DNA of 46,290 nucleotides from assembly GCA_025454635.1 (NCBI GenBank), contig JALOOB010000013.1, positions 1-46,290 on the forward strand. Direction: 5' to 3'. Shown here piece after piece: positions 32,046-42,047 of the stretch. Origin of the DNA: Anaerolineae bacterium (GTDB taxonomy: Bacteria > Chloroflexota > Anaerolineae > CG2-30-64-16). Made by a program: the position numbers and the translations under genes. The notes beneath the pieces are model-generated. The model did not search any database and was not told the origin of the DNA. It saw nothing but the letters and a program-made list of their open reading frames with translations. Position 1 is the stretch's first letter. The number at the start of each line of letters is the position of its first letter.

Positions 32046-34856
32046 TCATTCGACGAGACCGAGCGCGCGGGCCTTAAGCGCGGCCTGGCGGCGGTTGCGC
32101 ACCTGTAGCTTGCCGAGGATGTTGGTGACGTGCTTGTGCGCGGTAAGGGGCGAGATGGTGAGGGCTTCAGCGATCTCTTTATTGCTCATGCGCTCCACAA
32201 GGAGCCGCAGCACCTCTTCTTCGCGGTTGGTGAGCGACTCCAGGAGTTCCGCGTCCTCCCGGCTGACCGTCGAGCGTCGACGCGCTGCGGTTGCGCCGGC
32301 GCCCATCTGCGAAAGGAGTCTTGAGCGGAAGGTGGCGGCGACGCCTTCTGGCAAGTCGGCAAGGAGGGCCGCGAAGTCGGCGCGGGCCTCCAGGAAGGGC
32401 AGCGCGAGGCGGCCCGGCTCTGCCAGCGCGAGCGCTTCCTGGGCGCGGCTGCGCGCATCCTGCTTGCGCCCGAGCCGCCACAACGCCACCGCTTCGAGCG
32501 CCAGCCCCTCCACGAGACGGCGATCGTCATGGGCCGCGCGATTCGCCACCTGCGCTTCTGCCAGATACACCTGCGCCGCAGCCAGGTCGGCCGGCGAACC
32601 GCGCGCAAGGAGCAGCCGCGCGTGGGTCAGCGCGGGCATTTCGATGTACGCGTTCCAGGTGAACGCGGGCGGCGGATCGCCGAGCGCAAGCTTCCGCGCG
32701 TCCTCTCCGCGCAGCAGCGCCAGCCGCGTCAGGATCGCGCGCGACTCCGCCGCGTCGCGCGGGGTGAGCGACTCCGTGGCGAACGCGAGCGCGGCCTGGG
32801 CAGCCTCCTGCGCGGCGTCTGCCTCTCCGAGCGCCTGCCGCGCAAGCGCCAGTCCGTGCAGGCTGTCCTGATACGCCTTGGCATTGGCGAGGTAGCGCAG
32901 CTCGACCACGCGGCCGAACCGATCAATTGCGGCCAGCGGGTCGCCCTGCAACAACGCTTTGCAGCCCAGGAAGTAGGAGGCGAACGCAATGCTGTTGTAG
33001 AGGCCTGCCGCGACGCCCAGTTCCAGCAGCGAGCTCGCGCAGTCGCCCAACCGCTCGAGATCCGCGCCCTGCAGGTAGATGGTGGCGAGGCCGATGAGTT
33101 GGCGGAACGCGCCCTTATGGCGGCCTTCGAGCGCCAGGGCCAGCTCCCCGCGGAGCCGGGCGAGCGCCTCCTCGCGGCGGCCGAGCCGGTTGAACGCCAC
33201 CCCCAACACCAGCATGGCGGTGAAGTAGGCGTGCGTGTCGCCGGCCGCGAGCCGGTCGAGCGCTGATTGCGCGCGTTCCGCGCCGCGCGCCGGATCATCC
33301 TGCGCAAAGATCGACGCCATTGCGGCGAGCGCGTCGAGGTGCGCGGTCAGCCGCGCGGCGGTTTCAGGGCGCATAGCATCGTCGTTTGCGAGCGCTGCAG
33401 CGGCCTGGTCGAGGCTGTCGACGAGGTCGCGCAGGCGCCAGCGAAAGACGAGGGTCCAACACTTCGCAATCAGCACGGTGGCCCGCGTCAGGGGCTGGGG
33501 CAACAGCGCGAGCAACTGATCCGCTGCGGCTAAGCGCTCCGCATTATTCATGTCGAGCGCCCACTCGCCGACGATCGCGGCCGCGTAGTCCGTCTCGCCC
33601 GCGGCCAGGTAGTGGCGCGTGGCCTCCTCCGCCAGGCCGCGTTCAACGAACCACTCGGCTGCGCGGCGGTGCGAATCGGCAATCTCGCTCGCGTCCGCGG
33701 TCTGCGCCAGGCGCGCGAGCAGAAATTCGCGGAACAGGTGATGGTAGCGATACCAGTTCCGCTCGGCATCGAGCGGGATGAGGAACATATTGCTGCGCTC
33801 GAGGCGCTCCAACCAGTCCCGGCCGCACGAACCGGCCGGTCCGTCCAGGCACAGCACCGCGGCGCAGACCTCGCTGCTCATGCGGTCAAGGATGGCGCTG
33901 CGGAGCAGGAAGTAGCGCATGTCCTCGTCCTGCTGCTCGAGGACCTGTTCCGCAAGGAACTCCATTGCGGGACGGCGCGCGGCTGCCAGCGCGTCGACGA
34001 CTTGCTCCGGGTCGGATGACTCCTGCATGGAAATGGCGGCCAGACGCATCGCGGCGATCCAACCTTCGGTTTGATCCTCGAGCTTCGCCACCGCGCCGGG
34101 CGGGAGCGGCCGGCCGAGAGCGTTGCTGACGAACGCGGCGGCTTCGGCTTCGCTAAAGCGCAGGTCGGACGCGCGCACCTCCGTGAGTTGCTGCTGGACG
34201 CGCAGCCGCGCAAGGGGGAGCGGTGGGTCGTAGCGTGTGATGAGCACGAGGTGGGCGCGCGGGGACATGCCCGCCAGGACCGCGGCGACGAGACGATGCG
34301 TGGCCGGGTCGTTGATGAGGTGGAAGTCCTCTAGCACGAGGAAGAATTCGTCGGGCAGGGTGGACAATTCGGCCAGGATGACGTTGGCGAGGTAGGCGAC
34401 GGGAGGCAGCTCCGGCGCCTCGATCAGCGCGGTGAGGCGCTCGAACGCGTTCGGAAAGACGATGCGCACCGCGGCGATGACGTAGCGGAGGAAATGCGCG
34501 AGCGAGTTGTCGCCTTCATCGCAGGAGAACCAGGCGGAGTTCACTGGCGGGCCGACCGGATTGGGCGAGGTGAGCGACTGAAGCCACGAGACCGCCAGCG
34601 TCGACTTGCCGAAGCCGGCCGGCGCGGAGATAAGAATGAGCTTACGCGACAGGCCGGAGTTGAGTTTCGCAAGCAGTCTCGGGCGCACGACGAAGTCGCC
34701 GGTCAGCGGAGGCCGGTTCAGCTTGGTCGGGAGCAGGATTATTCCCGCGGATGGCTCCAATGTTGTCACGGTCCCTTGTCTTGCGGCAGATACGTTCGCT
34801 AGTGGGTGTATACCACAGCCGCATTGAGTCGGCAAGGCATCCCCTGACGCAGACAC
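32046..34856 (-). CDS. MalT/LuxR-type STAND ATPase transcriptional regulator
   Basis: P-loop ISAPAGFGKSTL, long TPR-like helical region, C-terminal LuxR HTH (LTNREEEVLRLLVERMSNKEIAEALTISPLTAHKHVTNILGKL). The true start is probably downstream of 34856. Confidence 0.8.
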   Translation of the reverse strand: MSASGDALPTQCGCGIHPLANVSAARQGTVTTLEPSAGIILLPTKLNRPPLTGDFVVRPRLLAKLNSGLSRKLILISAPAGFGKSTLAVSWLQSLTSPNPVGPPVNSAWFSCDEGDNSLAHFLRYVIAAVRIVFPNAFERLTALIEAPELPPVAYLANVILAELSTLPDEFFLVLEDFHLINDPATHRLVAAVLAGMSPRAHLVLITRYDPPLPLARLRVQQQLTEVRASDLRFSEAEAAAFVSNALGRPLPPGAVAKLEDQTEGWIAAMRLAAISMQESSDPEQVVDALAAARRPAMEFLAEQVLEQQDEDMRYFLLRSAILDRMSSEVCAAVLCLDGPAGSCGRDWLERLERSNMFLIPLDAERNWYRYHHLFREFLLARLAQTADASEIADSHRRAAEWFVERGLAEEATRHYLAAGETDYAAAIVGEWALDMNNAERLAAADQLLALLPQPLTRATVLIAKCWTLVFRWRLRDLVDSLDQAAAALANDDAMRPETAARLTAHLDALAAMASIFAQDDPARGAERAQSALDRLAAGDTHAYFTAMLVLGVAFNRLGRREEALARLRGELALALEGRHKGAFRQLIGLATIYLQGADLERLGDCASSLLELGVAAGLYNSIAFASYFLGCKALLQGDPLAAIDRFGRVVELRYLANAKAYQDSLHGLALARQALGEADAAQEAAQAALAFATESLTPRDAAESRAILTRLALLRGEDARKLALGDPPPAFTWNAYIEMPALTHARLLLARGSPADLAAAQVYLAEAQVANRAAHDDRRLVEGLALEAVALWRLGRKQDARSRAQEALALAEPGRLALPFLEARADFAALLADLPEGVAATFRSRLLSQMGAGATAARRRSTVSREDAELLESLTNREEEVLRLLVERMSNKEIAEALTISPLTAHKHVTNILGKLQVRNRRQAALKARALGLVE

Positions 34857-34891
34857 GCGAATGGCGTCGAGCGTTCGCTGCCATTCGCGTG
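34854..34891. promoter_or_regulatory. 12-bp perfect inverted repeat (CACGCGAATGGC - 14 nt - GCCATTCGCGTG): A2M terminator hairpin or operator
   Basis: Arms at 34854-34865 and 34880-34891. Lies between the A2M stop (34919) and the regulator. Overlaps the GTG proposed by the ORF track. Confidence 0.5.
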
Positions 34892-34918
34892 TCGAGGGTT
34901 GCTTTTCGCGGCCGGGTC

Positions 34919-37900
34919 TTAGCGCACGATCACGACATCTCCTGCGCTGCGCCCGAAGGTCTCAGGCGCGTACATTTCCTCCGCCTTCGCCGGCGGGACC
35001 ACGAAGCGGCCGGGGGTGGTGGCGCGGGCGACGTAGCTGTACTCGTGGACACCTTCCCAAAGGGTGGTTGCGAACGCCTCCGCGCGCTGGTCGCGGAGGT
35101 TCTGGTGGTTGTACCACGGACCCCACCACCACCAATACCCCATTGGCGAAGGTTCGTTCGGGTTCTGGTCACGGGGCAGGGTGGCTGTTGTTGCCAGCGC
35201 CGGATTCAGCGCCTCCAGTCCGGCGGGCAGGGGGTCGGCCAGCGCGACATGGTATCGCCGGGCCGGGTTGACCATCGTCAGCTTGACGCGCACCCGCGCG
35301 CCCGCCTTGATGATCCAGTCTCCGTTGTCGTCCTGGGTCACGTCGCCCAGGTCGTCCACTGCCTCATAGGTGCGCATCACGGTGAAGCCTGCGTCGTAGG
35401 GCGGCAGATCGAGGTCGCGCGGCGCGTAGCGCATGCCGAGCCGGTAGTACAGCCGGCCGGGTCCCTCCTTCTGCAGGATGATGTTCGCGGCCGCGCCTCC
35501 GGCCGGCACCTGCTGCGCCACCACGTCCATCGGCACTTCGATCAGCTGGTAGTCGGTCGTCCGCCCGCGGAACTCCGTCGAGCCCGCGTATGTCTCGCCG
35601 AGCCAGGCGCGCGCGACGAAGTCGGGCGTAACGGCCTCGTAGGTGTTGAAGTAGCGGTCGAGCGCAAGCAGGATGAAGACGTTCTCCTGCGTGTTCGACC
35701 ACCGGCCGCGCGTTGCGCCGCCGAGCAGCCCCGCGACGAGTTTCGGGATCAGGTCGGAATCGGGCGTATCGCCGATCATCGCATCGAGGATGACTCCGTC
35801 GCCGCGGCGATCTGAGTAGAGGATGACATAATCCTGATCACCGTAGTCCGCCGCGAAGTGGGCCGCGCCCGCAGTCTCCGTCACGCGGTTCAGCAGGTGG
35901 CGGCGGATCTGCTCGACTTGGGTCCGGGAAGCCGGATCGTCCGATAGCACGGAGAGCAGCCAGCCGATCGCCTCGGGCTGCAGCTTTTCGAGCGTGGCGT
36001 CGGCCAACAGCTTGCGCGCCTTGGCCGCGTCCTTGTCGCCCATCAGGTTACGCACGTTCAAGGCGTACGCGCTCAGGGTGTTGCGGATCGACTGATCGTA
36101 CCAGTAGGGGTACTTGCTCTCCACGTCCACGAGGTAGCCACGCGCCGCGTCCAGCATTTCCTGTGGCACCGCATAGCCCTTCATCTTCGCGCGCTGGAGC
36201 GCGTTAGCTGCGTGGATGGTGTGGTAAGGCCACGACTCTTCGCCGCGCTTCCAGAGGGGGAAGCCGCCGTCCGCGTTCTGCATGGCCTGCAGCCGCTCGA
36301 TATCGCGTTTCATTGCCGCTTCGATCTCAGGCGCCGGGGGCAACCCCTGCGCCTGGAACGCGGTGAGCACGTCGCGCAGCGCGGCCACGGCCAGAATGCG
36401 CGAGGCAAGCTGCTCGGAGCACTCGAACGGGTACGCGACCAGGTAGAGGAACGCATCCGTGAGCGACTGGAGCGCGGTGCTCGACGTCTGGATTTCCAGC
36501 CCGCCAAACTGCGTGTACACGCCCGAAGGAGCGATGACCGGCTGGGCTACGGCGCTTTGCGCCGCGCCGTCGTCGATGACGCCATAGGTCGCGAACGCTT
36601 CGGTCGTGGCGGGCGTGTAGACGGGCAGCGCGGCGCTCGCCGCGTCGGCCCATTTGCCGGAGGCCGCAGCTACCTGGAAGCGCGCAGTGCCCGACGTGAG
36701 CGTCGTCGCGGGGAAGCGAACCTCCACGCGGTCGTTCGCCGGCACGGTGACGCGCTTGCCCGCGCCTTCCGTGAGCAGCAGGTTGGCCGTTTGCAGCGCC
36801 ACGTCGACCGTCAGCGGCGCGTCGGTTTGATTCTGCACGACGATGGGCAGCTCGAAGCGGTCGCCAAAGTTGAGGAAGCGCGGCGCGGACGGGCGCACCA
36901 TCAGCGGCAGCCGCGCGGTGATTGCCGATGCGCCCTTGCCGAACTGCTGCCCGCCCGCAACCGCGACGACCATGACGCGGTAGCGCGTGAGGTTATCGGG
37001 CACCTTCACCGCAACGATCGCGCGGCCGTCCGGCCCCGTGGGCACGGCGGGCTCCCACGCGGCGAGCGGGTTGAAGTCCGCGCGAACCGCGATGGGGGTG
37101 TCGGGCTGCTGCGCGGCCGACTGCGCTTGCGCGGGCGCCATCGTTGCGGCCGGCATAGGCGCAGCGGCGGGCGCTTCCATCGCCTTTTCCATCTCCACTG
37201 CGCCGGCTGCGGTGTCATCGTTGGCCGCGGCGCGCGCCGGGTCAGCATCCAGTGTGACCGGGCTGGCGAGCACGATGTAGCCGCGGTTGTGGCTGTCCTG
37301 CATGTCCGACCCGCGCTCGGTGTACATCGCGGTCAGCGGATCGGGCAGGTCATAGCCGGTGAGCGCGAGGATGGACTCGTCGACCACGGCGATGGCAAGC
37401 TCGGCGTTCGGCACAGGCTTCCCGTTCGCGTCCGTGACGAGGACTTCGACCTCGGTGGTCCCACCCGGCTCCAGCTTTTCGGCCGCGGGCTGCGCCTCAA
37501 CGGTGAGCGCGCGCGCCAGCGGCGGGACGCTCAGGTTGATTTCCCCGCGCGCGAACGCGGGCCGCCTGGGCAGGTCGGTGCGGCCCGCACCGCCCGGATC
37601 GCTCTGCTGGTCGCCCGAGCGGTCCGCCGCGCCCACGAGGTCGACCTGCGCGAAGAGGTTCGGGACGTAGCCTTCTTCGATTGGAATGCGCAGGACGGCA
37701 GACGGCTCATTCATCGTGAAGCGGACGGTCTTCAGCAGGCCGCTGCGACGCAGGGTCAGCACGCCCTCCGCGGGAACGAACGGCGCCTGGACGAGGATCT
37801 CAGCGGTCTCGCCCGCGCGGTATTCCTTCTTGTCCGGCACGAGCGTGATCTCTTCCTGCTGCACGCCGCGCTGCGGGATGCGCTCGCCGCCGGAAACCCA

Positions 37901-40900
37901 ACGGGTCAACTCGGACTGGTTCGGACGGCTCTCGCTGTCGTTCACGACCGCGCGGATGCGATACGTGCCGCCCTCGGGGGTCTCGAAAACGCAACGGACG
38001 GGCTGCTCTTTCGACAACGCAGTACAGGGCTGCGGGTTGACCTCAGTCTCCTCGTACCGCTCGCCGGTCCACTTCCACTCGATGCGCGCGGCGGTGAGCT
38101 TCACTTCCACGCCCGCCTGCGCGTTCCCGTCCAGGTCGGTGACGATGATGTCGACGGGCAACGGCTCGTCCTTTTCGACGAACATGCGCTCCGTCTTGAG
38201 GCCCACGTAGAGCGTCGCGGGGTGGACGAGCAGGTCCGCCTTGCCGGTCCACGCCTGCCGGTTGACGTCCATCACGGTCGATTCAATATGCACTGCGCTC
38301 GGCTCGGGCGGATTGACCGCGTCGAAGTCGATTTTGACCTGGTGCAGGCCGGCTGCATCGGTCGTGCCGGTGAAGGTCTTGCCCTGCTCGATGTTGGGCG
38401 CGCCCCATTCGCCCGACTCGCTCCACCAGAGGCGCCACCAGGGGACCCACTTGCCGAACGTGAAGTCGTCCCAGCCGGGCGGAGAGTACTGGCCGGGCTG
38501 CGATGTGACGGTCCAGTTGACCTCCGCGTTCGGCAGCGGACCGCCCGCGTAGTAGGCTGCGCTAACCTCTGCGGTTGCGCTCTCTCCGATGAAATACGGG
38601 CCCTCGCCGGCGTTAACCTTCACCTCGAACTCCGGCCGGCGGAACTCCTGCACCTGGATCTGGTGCCCGTAGGAGCGCATGTCGATGTTGCCCGCGCCCA
38701 GGACGTCGAACTGGATGTAAGCGGGGCCGAGGTTCATGGTGTCGGTGAGCTTGAAGGCGAAGTCGAAGCCGCCGCTTGCGTTCAGGTCCGCGCGGCCGTT
38801 CGTTATCTCGTTGCCCTGAGCGTCGCTGACGCGGTACTGCACCGCCTCACCGCCCTGCAGCAAGCCGATGTCGCCGCGCGGGGTGGCGCCCATGCGGCGC
38901 ACCCAGCCCTTGACGTGGACTTCTTCGCCAGGACGGTACATCTGGCGGTCGTCGAAGACGTACCAGCGCAGCTGGTCGATCTGCGGGCGCTGCTGCCAAC
39001 CGCCATCGCCCCAGTAGTAAATGTCGGACGGGAGGAAGGCCGTCTCGCCGTTCGCCTTTGCGACGAGCAACTGCGCTGGGACGCTTGCGGGCAGGGGTAA
39101 GGTCGCGGTGCCGTCCCCGGCGGTGCGGGCCGACTGGCTGCCGGGCCACAGCGAGAGTTCCGCGTTCGCGAGGGGCGCACCGGTCTTGAGGTCGTTGGCC
39201 CAGGCGAGCAACTGGCTCGCATCTGCGAACGCGTCGAGGCCGATGTTCGTGCGCTGCGTCCAGATGACTGCCTCTTCCACCCGGTCTCCGCGCTGGAAGA
39301 GCGCGGGCAGGCCGGTCTGTTCGGGCTTGACGAGGACGACGAGGTGGCCTTGCGCCCGCCGAAGCGCAGGCTCGAGGTTGATGAACGTCTCGGCCAGCTT
39401 ATCCGCCGGCGACTCGACGTTGACAGTGCCCTGCCAGACCTGCTTGCCAGGGATGGGCGGCGGCGCGTCTGTTCGGTACCGCTCGCGCAGGTAATTCTTG
39501 AACGCAGGCCAGTCCTCGGGCGTGACCGCATACGCCCGTACGTTCAGCCGCGAGAAGTTGATGGTATACGCGGAAAGGCCGGGTGTCGCGAAGGGATCGA
39601 GAACAACGAAGTTGCCGCCGGGGATCTGCATCGCAGGTCGCGCGGAGCCGACTGCTACGGTCACGGTTTCGTCCCGGCCGAGCGTCTGCCCGAACACGTC
39701 CGTGGTCCTCGCGCTGAACGTGATGCGATAGGTGGTGCGGCCGACGCTGGCTCCGCGAATCTGGACCGTGTTGCCGAAGACGTCGAGCGCCATGGCGGGG
39801 AGCGCGGGCTCCACCTTCACTGTGTCCGTCGTGACCGTGCTCCGGTCGAGGGGATTCGTGAATTCGATCTGCCACGGCATGAACGGTGCGCATTCGCCGC
39901 CCCAGCCGCACTCGGTCCGCGTGATTTTGAGCGGACCGAACGTGGTAAAGCTGAAGGTCTGCGCGTTCGCGCTCTTGAGCGGGCCTTCGGCCGAGGGCAC
40001 GCCGGGGCCGAATGTCACGTCAACTTTTGTCGCATTCGGCAGCCGCTCGGTCGTGCGGAAGGCGAGCCACCGGCCATCTTGCGCGCCGGCGACGCGGCTG
40101 CTGAGCCGCGCGTCGTCCTTCGCCGCTGCCTCGCTGATCAGGACGACCGGGTACGTCCGGCCGCCCGCCTTGACCGTGATCGCCTTCAGGACATCCGCCG
40201 GGTTGATCCGCTGGTTGAACTGCGCGAACATCGGCACATCGGTCGGCTGCGAGTCGATGTTCGGGCTGAAGCGTTCGACGGTGGCTGTCGGCGTGGTGAA
40301 TGTGAACGTTACGGCTTTTGCGAGCGCGTTCCCGGAGGCGGACTTCGCGCCTGCCGGGATTTCGACCGTGTATTTCGTGGCCGCGGGGAAGCGCCCGGCC
40401 GCGAATCCCGTCTTGGCGGCCGGCTCGAAGAGGAGAGTCTTCGTTCCGACCCAGCGCCACTGCCCCTCGACCTGCGGTGTGAGTTTGACCGGAACAGGCC
40501 CTTGGGCCAGGTCGCTGAGGCCGGTCAGCGCGACCATCGGCTGATTGAACGTGACGTTCAGGTTCGGCGCAATTGGCACGTCGCCTTCCGGCGCGTAGCG
40601 CACCACTTCGAGCGGACCGGTCGTGACCTCGGGCGCGGCGACGGGAGCGGGCGGCGGGGGGAACGTCTGCTTAATCGTCTCGCCCGGACGCGGCGCAGGG
40701 AGAGTCTCCTTGGGCAGGTTGAGTTCGAGCGTATCGCCGGCTTGCCCTTCGAGCGGCGGCAGGCGGCGGAGCAGGGCGGCTGTCTCCGCATCGGAGAGCG
40801 GTTCGGAGGACGCGGGCGGCAGAACTGCCGACGCGCCGCCTTCCTCGCTCCCTGCGGAGAGAGTGAACTGAAGGCCGGGTATGGGTGTGGGCGAGGCGGC

Positions 40901-41041
40901 TGCGCGAACGGCGGGCACGTCGACCTCCGGGTCTGTCAGCACGGGTGGCTTCGCGGCGCAGGCGACGAGCGCGCCGCTGAAGAGGGAAAGCGCGATGAGC
41001 GCGAAGAGCAAAGCTCGGAACGGCGCAGCGCGGTTAGGCAT
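34919..41041 (-). CDS. Very large bacterial alpha-2-macroglobulin family lipoprotein with intact thioester motif
   Basis: GGAGGAGGAG 6 nt before the ATG at 41041. Lipobox GALVAC. Repeated MG-like beta domains. YPFECSEQ (CxEQ) encoded at 36410-36421. Confidence 0.9.
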   Translation of the reverse strand: MPNRAAPFRALLFALIALSLFSGALVACAAKPPVLTDPEVDVPAVRAAASPTPIPGLQFTLSAGSEEGGASAVLPPASSEPLSDAETAALLRRLPPLEGQAGDTLELNLPKETLPAPRPGETIKQTFPPPPAPVAAPEVTTGPLEVVRYAPEGDVPIAPNLNVTFNQPMVALTGLSDLAQGPVPVKLTPQVEGQWRWVGTKTLLFEPAAKTGFAAGRFPAATKYTVEIPAGAKSASGNALAKAVTFTFTTPTATVERFSPNIDSQPTDVPMFAQFNQRINPADVLKAITVKAGGRTYPVVLISEAAAKDDARLSSRVAGAQDGRWLAFRTTERLPNATKVDVTFGPGVPSAEGPLKSANAQTFSFTTFGPLKITRTECGWGGECAPFMPWQIEFTNPLDRSTVTTDTVKVEPALPAMALDVFGNTVQIRGASVGRTTYRITFSARTTDVFGQTLGRDETVTVAVGSARPAMQIPGGNFVVLDPFATPGLSAYTINFSRLNVRAYAVTPEDWPAFKNYLRERYRTDAPPPIPGKQVWQGTVNVESPADKLAETFINLEPALRRAQGHLVVLVKPEQTGLPALFQRGDRVEEAVIWTQRTNIGLDAFADASQLLAWANDLKTGAPLANAELSLWPGSQSARTAGDGTATLPLPASVPAQLLVAKANGETAFLPSDIYYWGDGGWQQRPQIDQLRWYVFDDRQMYRPGEEVHVKGWVRRMGATPRGDIGLLQGGEAVQYRVSDAQGNEITNGRADLNASGGFDFAFKLTDTMNLGPAYIQFDVLGAGNIDMRSYGHQIQVQEFRRPEFEVKVNAGEGPYFIGESATAEVSAAYYAGGPLPNAEVNWTVTSQPGQYSPPGWDDFTFGKWVPWWRLWWSESGEWGAPNIEQGKTFTGTTDAAGLHQVKIDFDAVNPPEPSAVHIESTVMDVNRQAWTGKADLLVHPATLYVGLKTERMFVEKDEPLPVDIIVTDLDGNAQAGVEVKLTAARIEWKWTGERYEETEVNPQPCTALSKEQPVRCVFETPEGGTYRIRAVVNDSESRPNQSELTRWVSGGERIPQRGVQQEEITLVPDKKEYRAGETAEILVQAPFVPAEGVLTLRRSGLLKTVRFTMNEPSAVLRIPIEEGYVPNLFAQVDLVGAADRSGDQQSDPGGAGRTDLPRRPAFARGEINLSVPPLARALTVEAQPAAEKLEPGGTTEVEVLVTDANGKPVPNAELAIAVVDESILALTGYDLPDPLTAMYTERGSDMQDSHNRGYIVLASPVTLDADPARAAANDDTAAGAVEMEKAMEAPAAAPMPAATMAPAQAQSAAQQPDTPIAVRADFNPLAAWEPAVPTGPDGRAIVAVKVPDNLTRYRVMVVAVAGGQQFGKGASAITARLPLMVRPSAPRFLNFGDRFELPIVVQNQTDAPLTVDVALQTANLLLTEGAGKRVTVPANDRVEVRFPATTLTSGTARFQVAAASGKWADAASAALPVYTPATTEAFATYGVIDDGAAQSAVAQPVIAPSGVYTQFGGLEIQTSSTALQSLTDAFLYLVAYPFECSEQLASRILAVAALRDVLTAFQAQGLPPAPEIEAAMKRDIERLQAMQNADGGFPLWKRGEESWPYHTIHAANALQRAKMKGYAVPQEMLDAARGYLVDVESKYPYWYDQSIRNTLSAYALNVRNLMGDKDAAKARKLLADATLEKLQPEAIGWLLSVLSDDPASRTQVEQIRRHLLNRVTETAGAAHFAADYGDQDYVILYSDRRGDGVILDAMIGDTPDSDLIPKLVAGLLGGATRGRWSNTQENVFILLALDRYFNTYEAVTPDFVARAWLGETYAGSTEFRGRTTDYQLIEVPMDVVAQQVPAGGAAANIILQKEGPGRLYYRLGMRYAPRDLDLPPYDAGFTVMRTYEAVDDLGDVTQDDNGDWIIKAGARVRVKLTMVNPARRYHVALADPLPAGLEALNPALATTATLPRDQNPNEPSPMGYWWWWGPWYNHQNLRDQRAEAFATTLWEGVHEYSYVARATTPGRFVVPPAKAEEMYAPETFGRSAGDVVIVR

Positions 41042-41155
41042 GGAAGGCTCCTCCTCCGTCGACACGCAAGGCGGCCTGTGCGGGCAGGGCCGGCTTCTTT
41101 CATTATAGCAGCGTGTCACCGAAGTGACGCACGGGTGATTCTGCCGGTTCCGCGG

Positions 41156-41593
41156 CTAGACGCGCCGCCGCAAGAGGCGGCGCGCGGCCTGCCAGAGGCG
41201 CGCTCGGCCGACCCACCGGGTAGCGCGGATGCGCTCGCCGCGGCGGGGCCACACTTGCCGCTCGCCGTCGAACGCGGCGACGACGCGGCCGAGGACCTGG
41301 TCACGCGGCAGCGGCGGGTCGGGGGCGCGGCGGTTGTCGCCTTGCGCAATCCAGGCAGCGCCGCGCTGCGCGGTCAGTCGGTGGGCGACGAGGCCCGCGC
41401 CGAGCGCGAAGACGAGCAACTCGCCGGGGCGCGGCTCACGGCCGAGGGGCGCGACCTCAATCTCGCACGCGAGGGGCAGAGTGGGGAGCATGCTGTCGCC
41501 GCGGAGGGGCAGCCGCGCGCGGCCTTCGCGGGCGAGGGCCTCCTGAAGCAGCGGCAGCCAGTCAGTCGCGGGCCGGGGGCGCATCAGTGGCAT
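41156..41593 (-). CDS. S24/S26-like (LexA/signal-peptidase fold) small protein
   Basis: LRGDSMLPTL ... GELLVF ... VAHRL ... AQGDN pattern. The N-terminal 71 aa of ORF 41156..41806 overlap the kinase gene and look non-coding. Start taken at M72 (41593); M75 at 41584 is an alternative. Confidence 0.55.
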   Translation of the reverse strand: MPLMRPRPATDWLPLLQEALAREGRARLPLRGDSMLPTLPLACEIEVAPLGREPRPGELLVFALGAGLVAHRLTAQRGAAWIAQGDNRRAPDPPLPRDQVLGRVVAAFDGERQVWPRRGERIRATRWVGRARLWQAARRLLRRRV

Positions 41594-42047
41594 CTTCCGG
41601 AGCGGCAAGGCGTTTGGTGAGGACGACGGTGTTGCCGTAGGTGGCGTCGTAACGGTAGCGAACGTCGTCCATGACCTGGCGCACCAGATGCCAGCCGAGG
41701 CCGCCGATGGGGCGCAATTCCGGCGGGGAGTCGAGGTCGGGGGGCGGCGCGTGCTCGGGGTCGAAGGGCTCCGCCCGATCGGAGATGGTAACGCTGATTG
41801 TTTCATCGTCGGCGCAAAATGAGATTTCGAGCGGGCCCGGCGCGCGCTCGCTATAGCCGTGCATCATGACGTTGGCGCAGACTTCTTCGATGGCGAGACG
41901 AAGATCGAACTGGTCGCGCTCGCCGATGCCCGCCTGCTCGCAGAAGGCATCGACGAAGTCCAGCAGCTCGCTGATGTGGTCCAGCCGCGCGGAGGGCAGG
42001 CTGACCATGTCGCAGGTCAAGCCGCGGCGGCGTCGGGACGTGGGCAT
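41562..42047 (-). CDS. RsbW/SpoIIAB-like anti-sigma-factor serine kinase (HATPase_c_2)
   Basis: GGAG 7 nt before the ATG at 42047. EEVCANVMMHGY ... ISDRAEPFDP ... GGLGWHLVRQVMDDV. Confidence 0.7.
   Translation of the reverse strand: MPTSRRRRGLTCDMVSLPSARLDHISELLDFVDAFCEQAGIGERDQFDLRLAIEEVCANVMMHGYSERAPGPLEISFCADDETISVTISDRAEPFDPEHAPPPDLDSPPELRPIGGLGWHLVRQVMDDVRYRYDATYGNTVVLTKRLAAPEDATDAPPARD

Noticed and set aside
36212-41620. Two very long + strand ORFs (962 and 758 aa) opposite the alpha-2-macroglobulin gene
   Set aside because: Shadow ORFs of the high-GC A2M coding strand. No motifs and no ribosome-binding sites.
41594-41806. N-terminal 71 aa of ORF 41156..41806 (Pro/Ser/Thr/Arg-rich)
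   Set aside because: It overlaps the well-supported RsbW-like kinase in another frame and shows no domain signal. The peptidase-like part starts near 41593.
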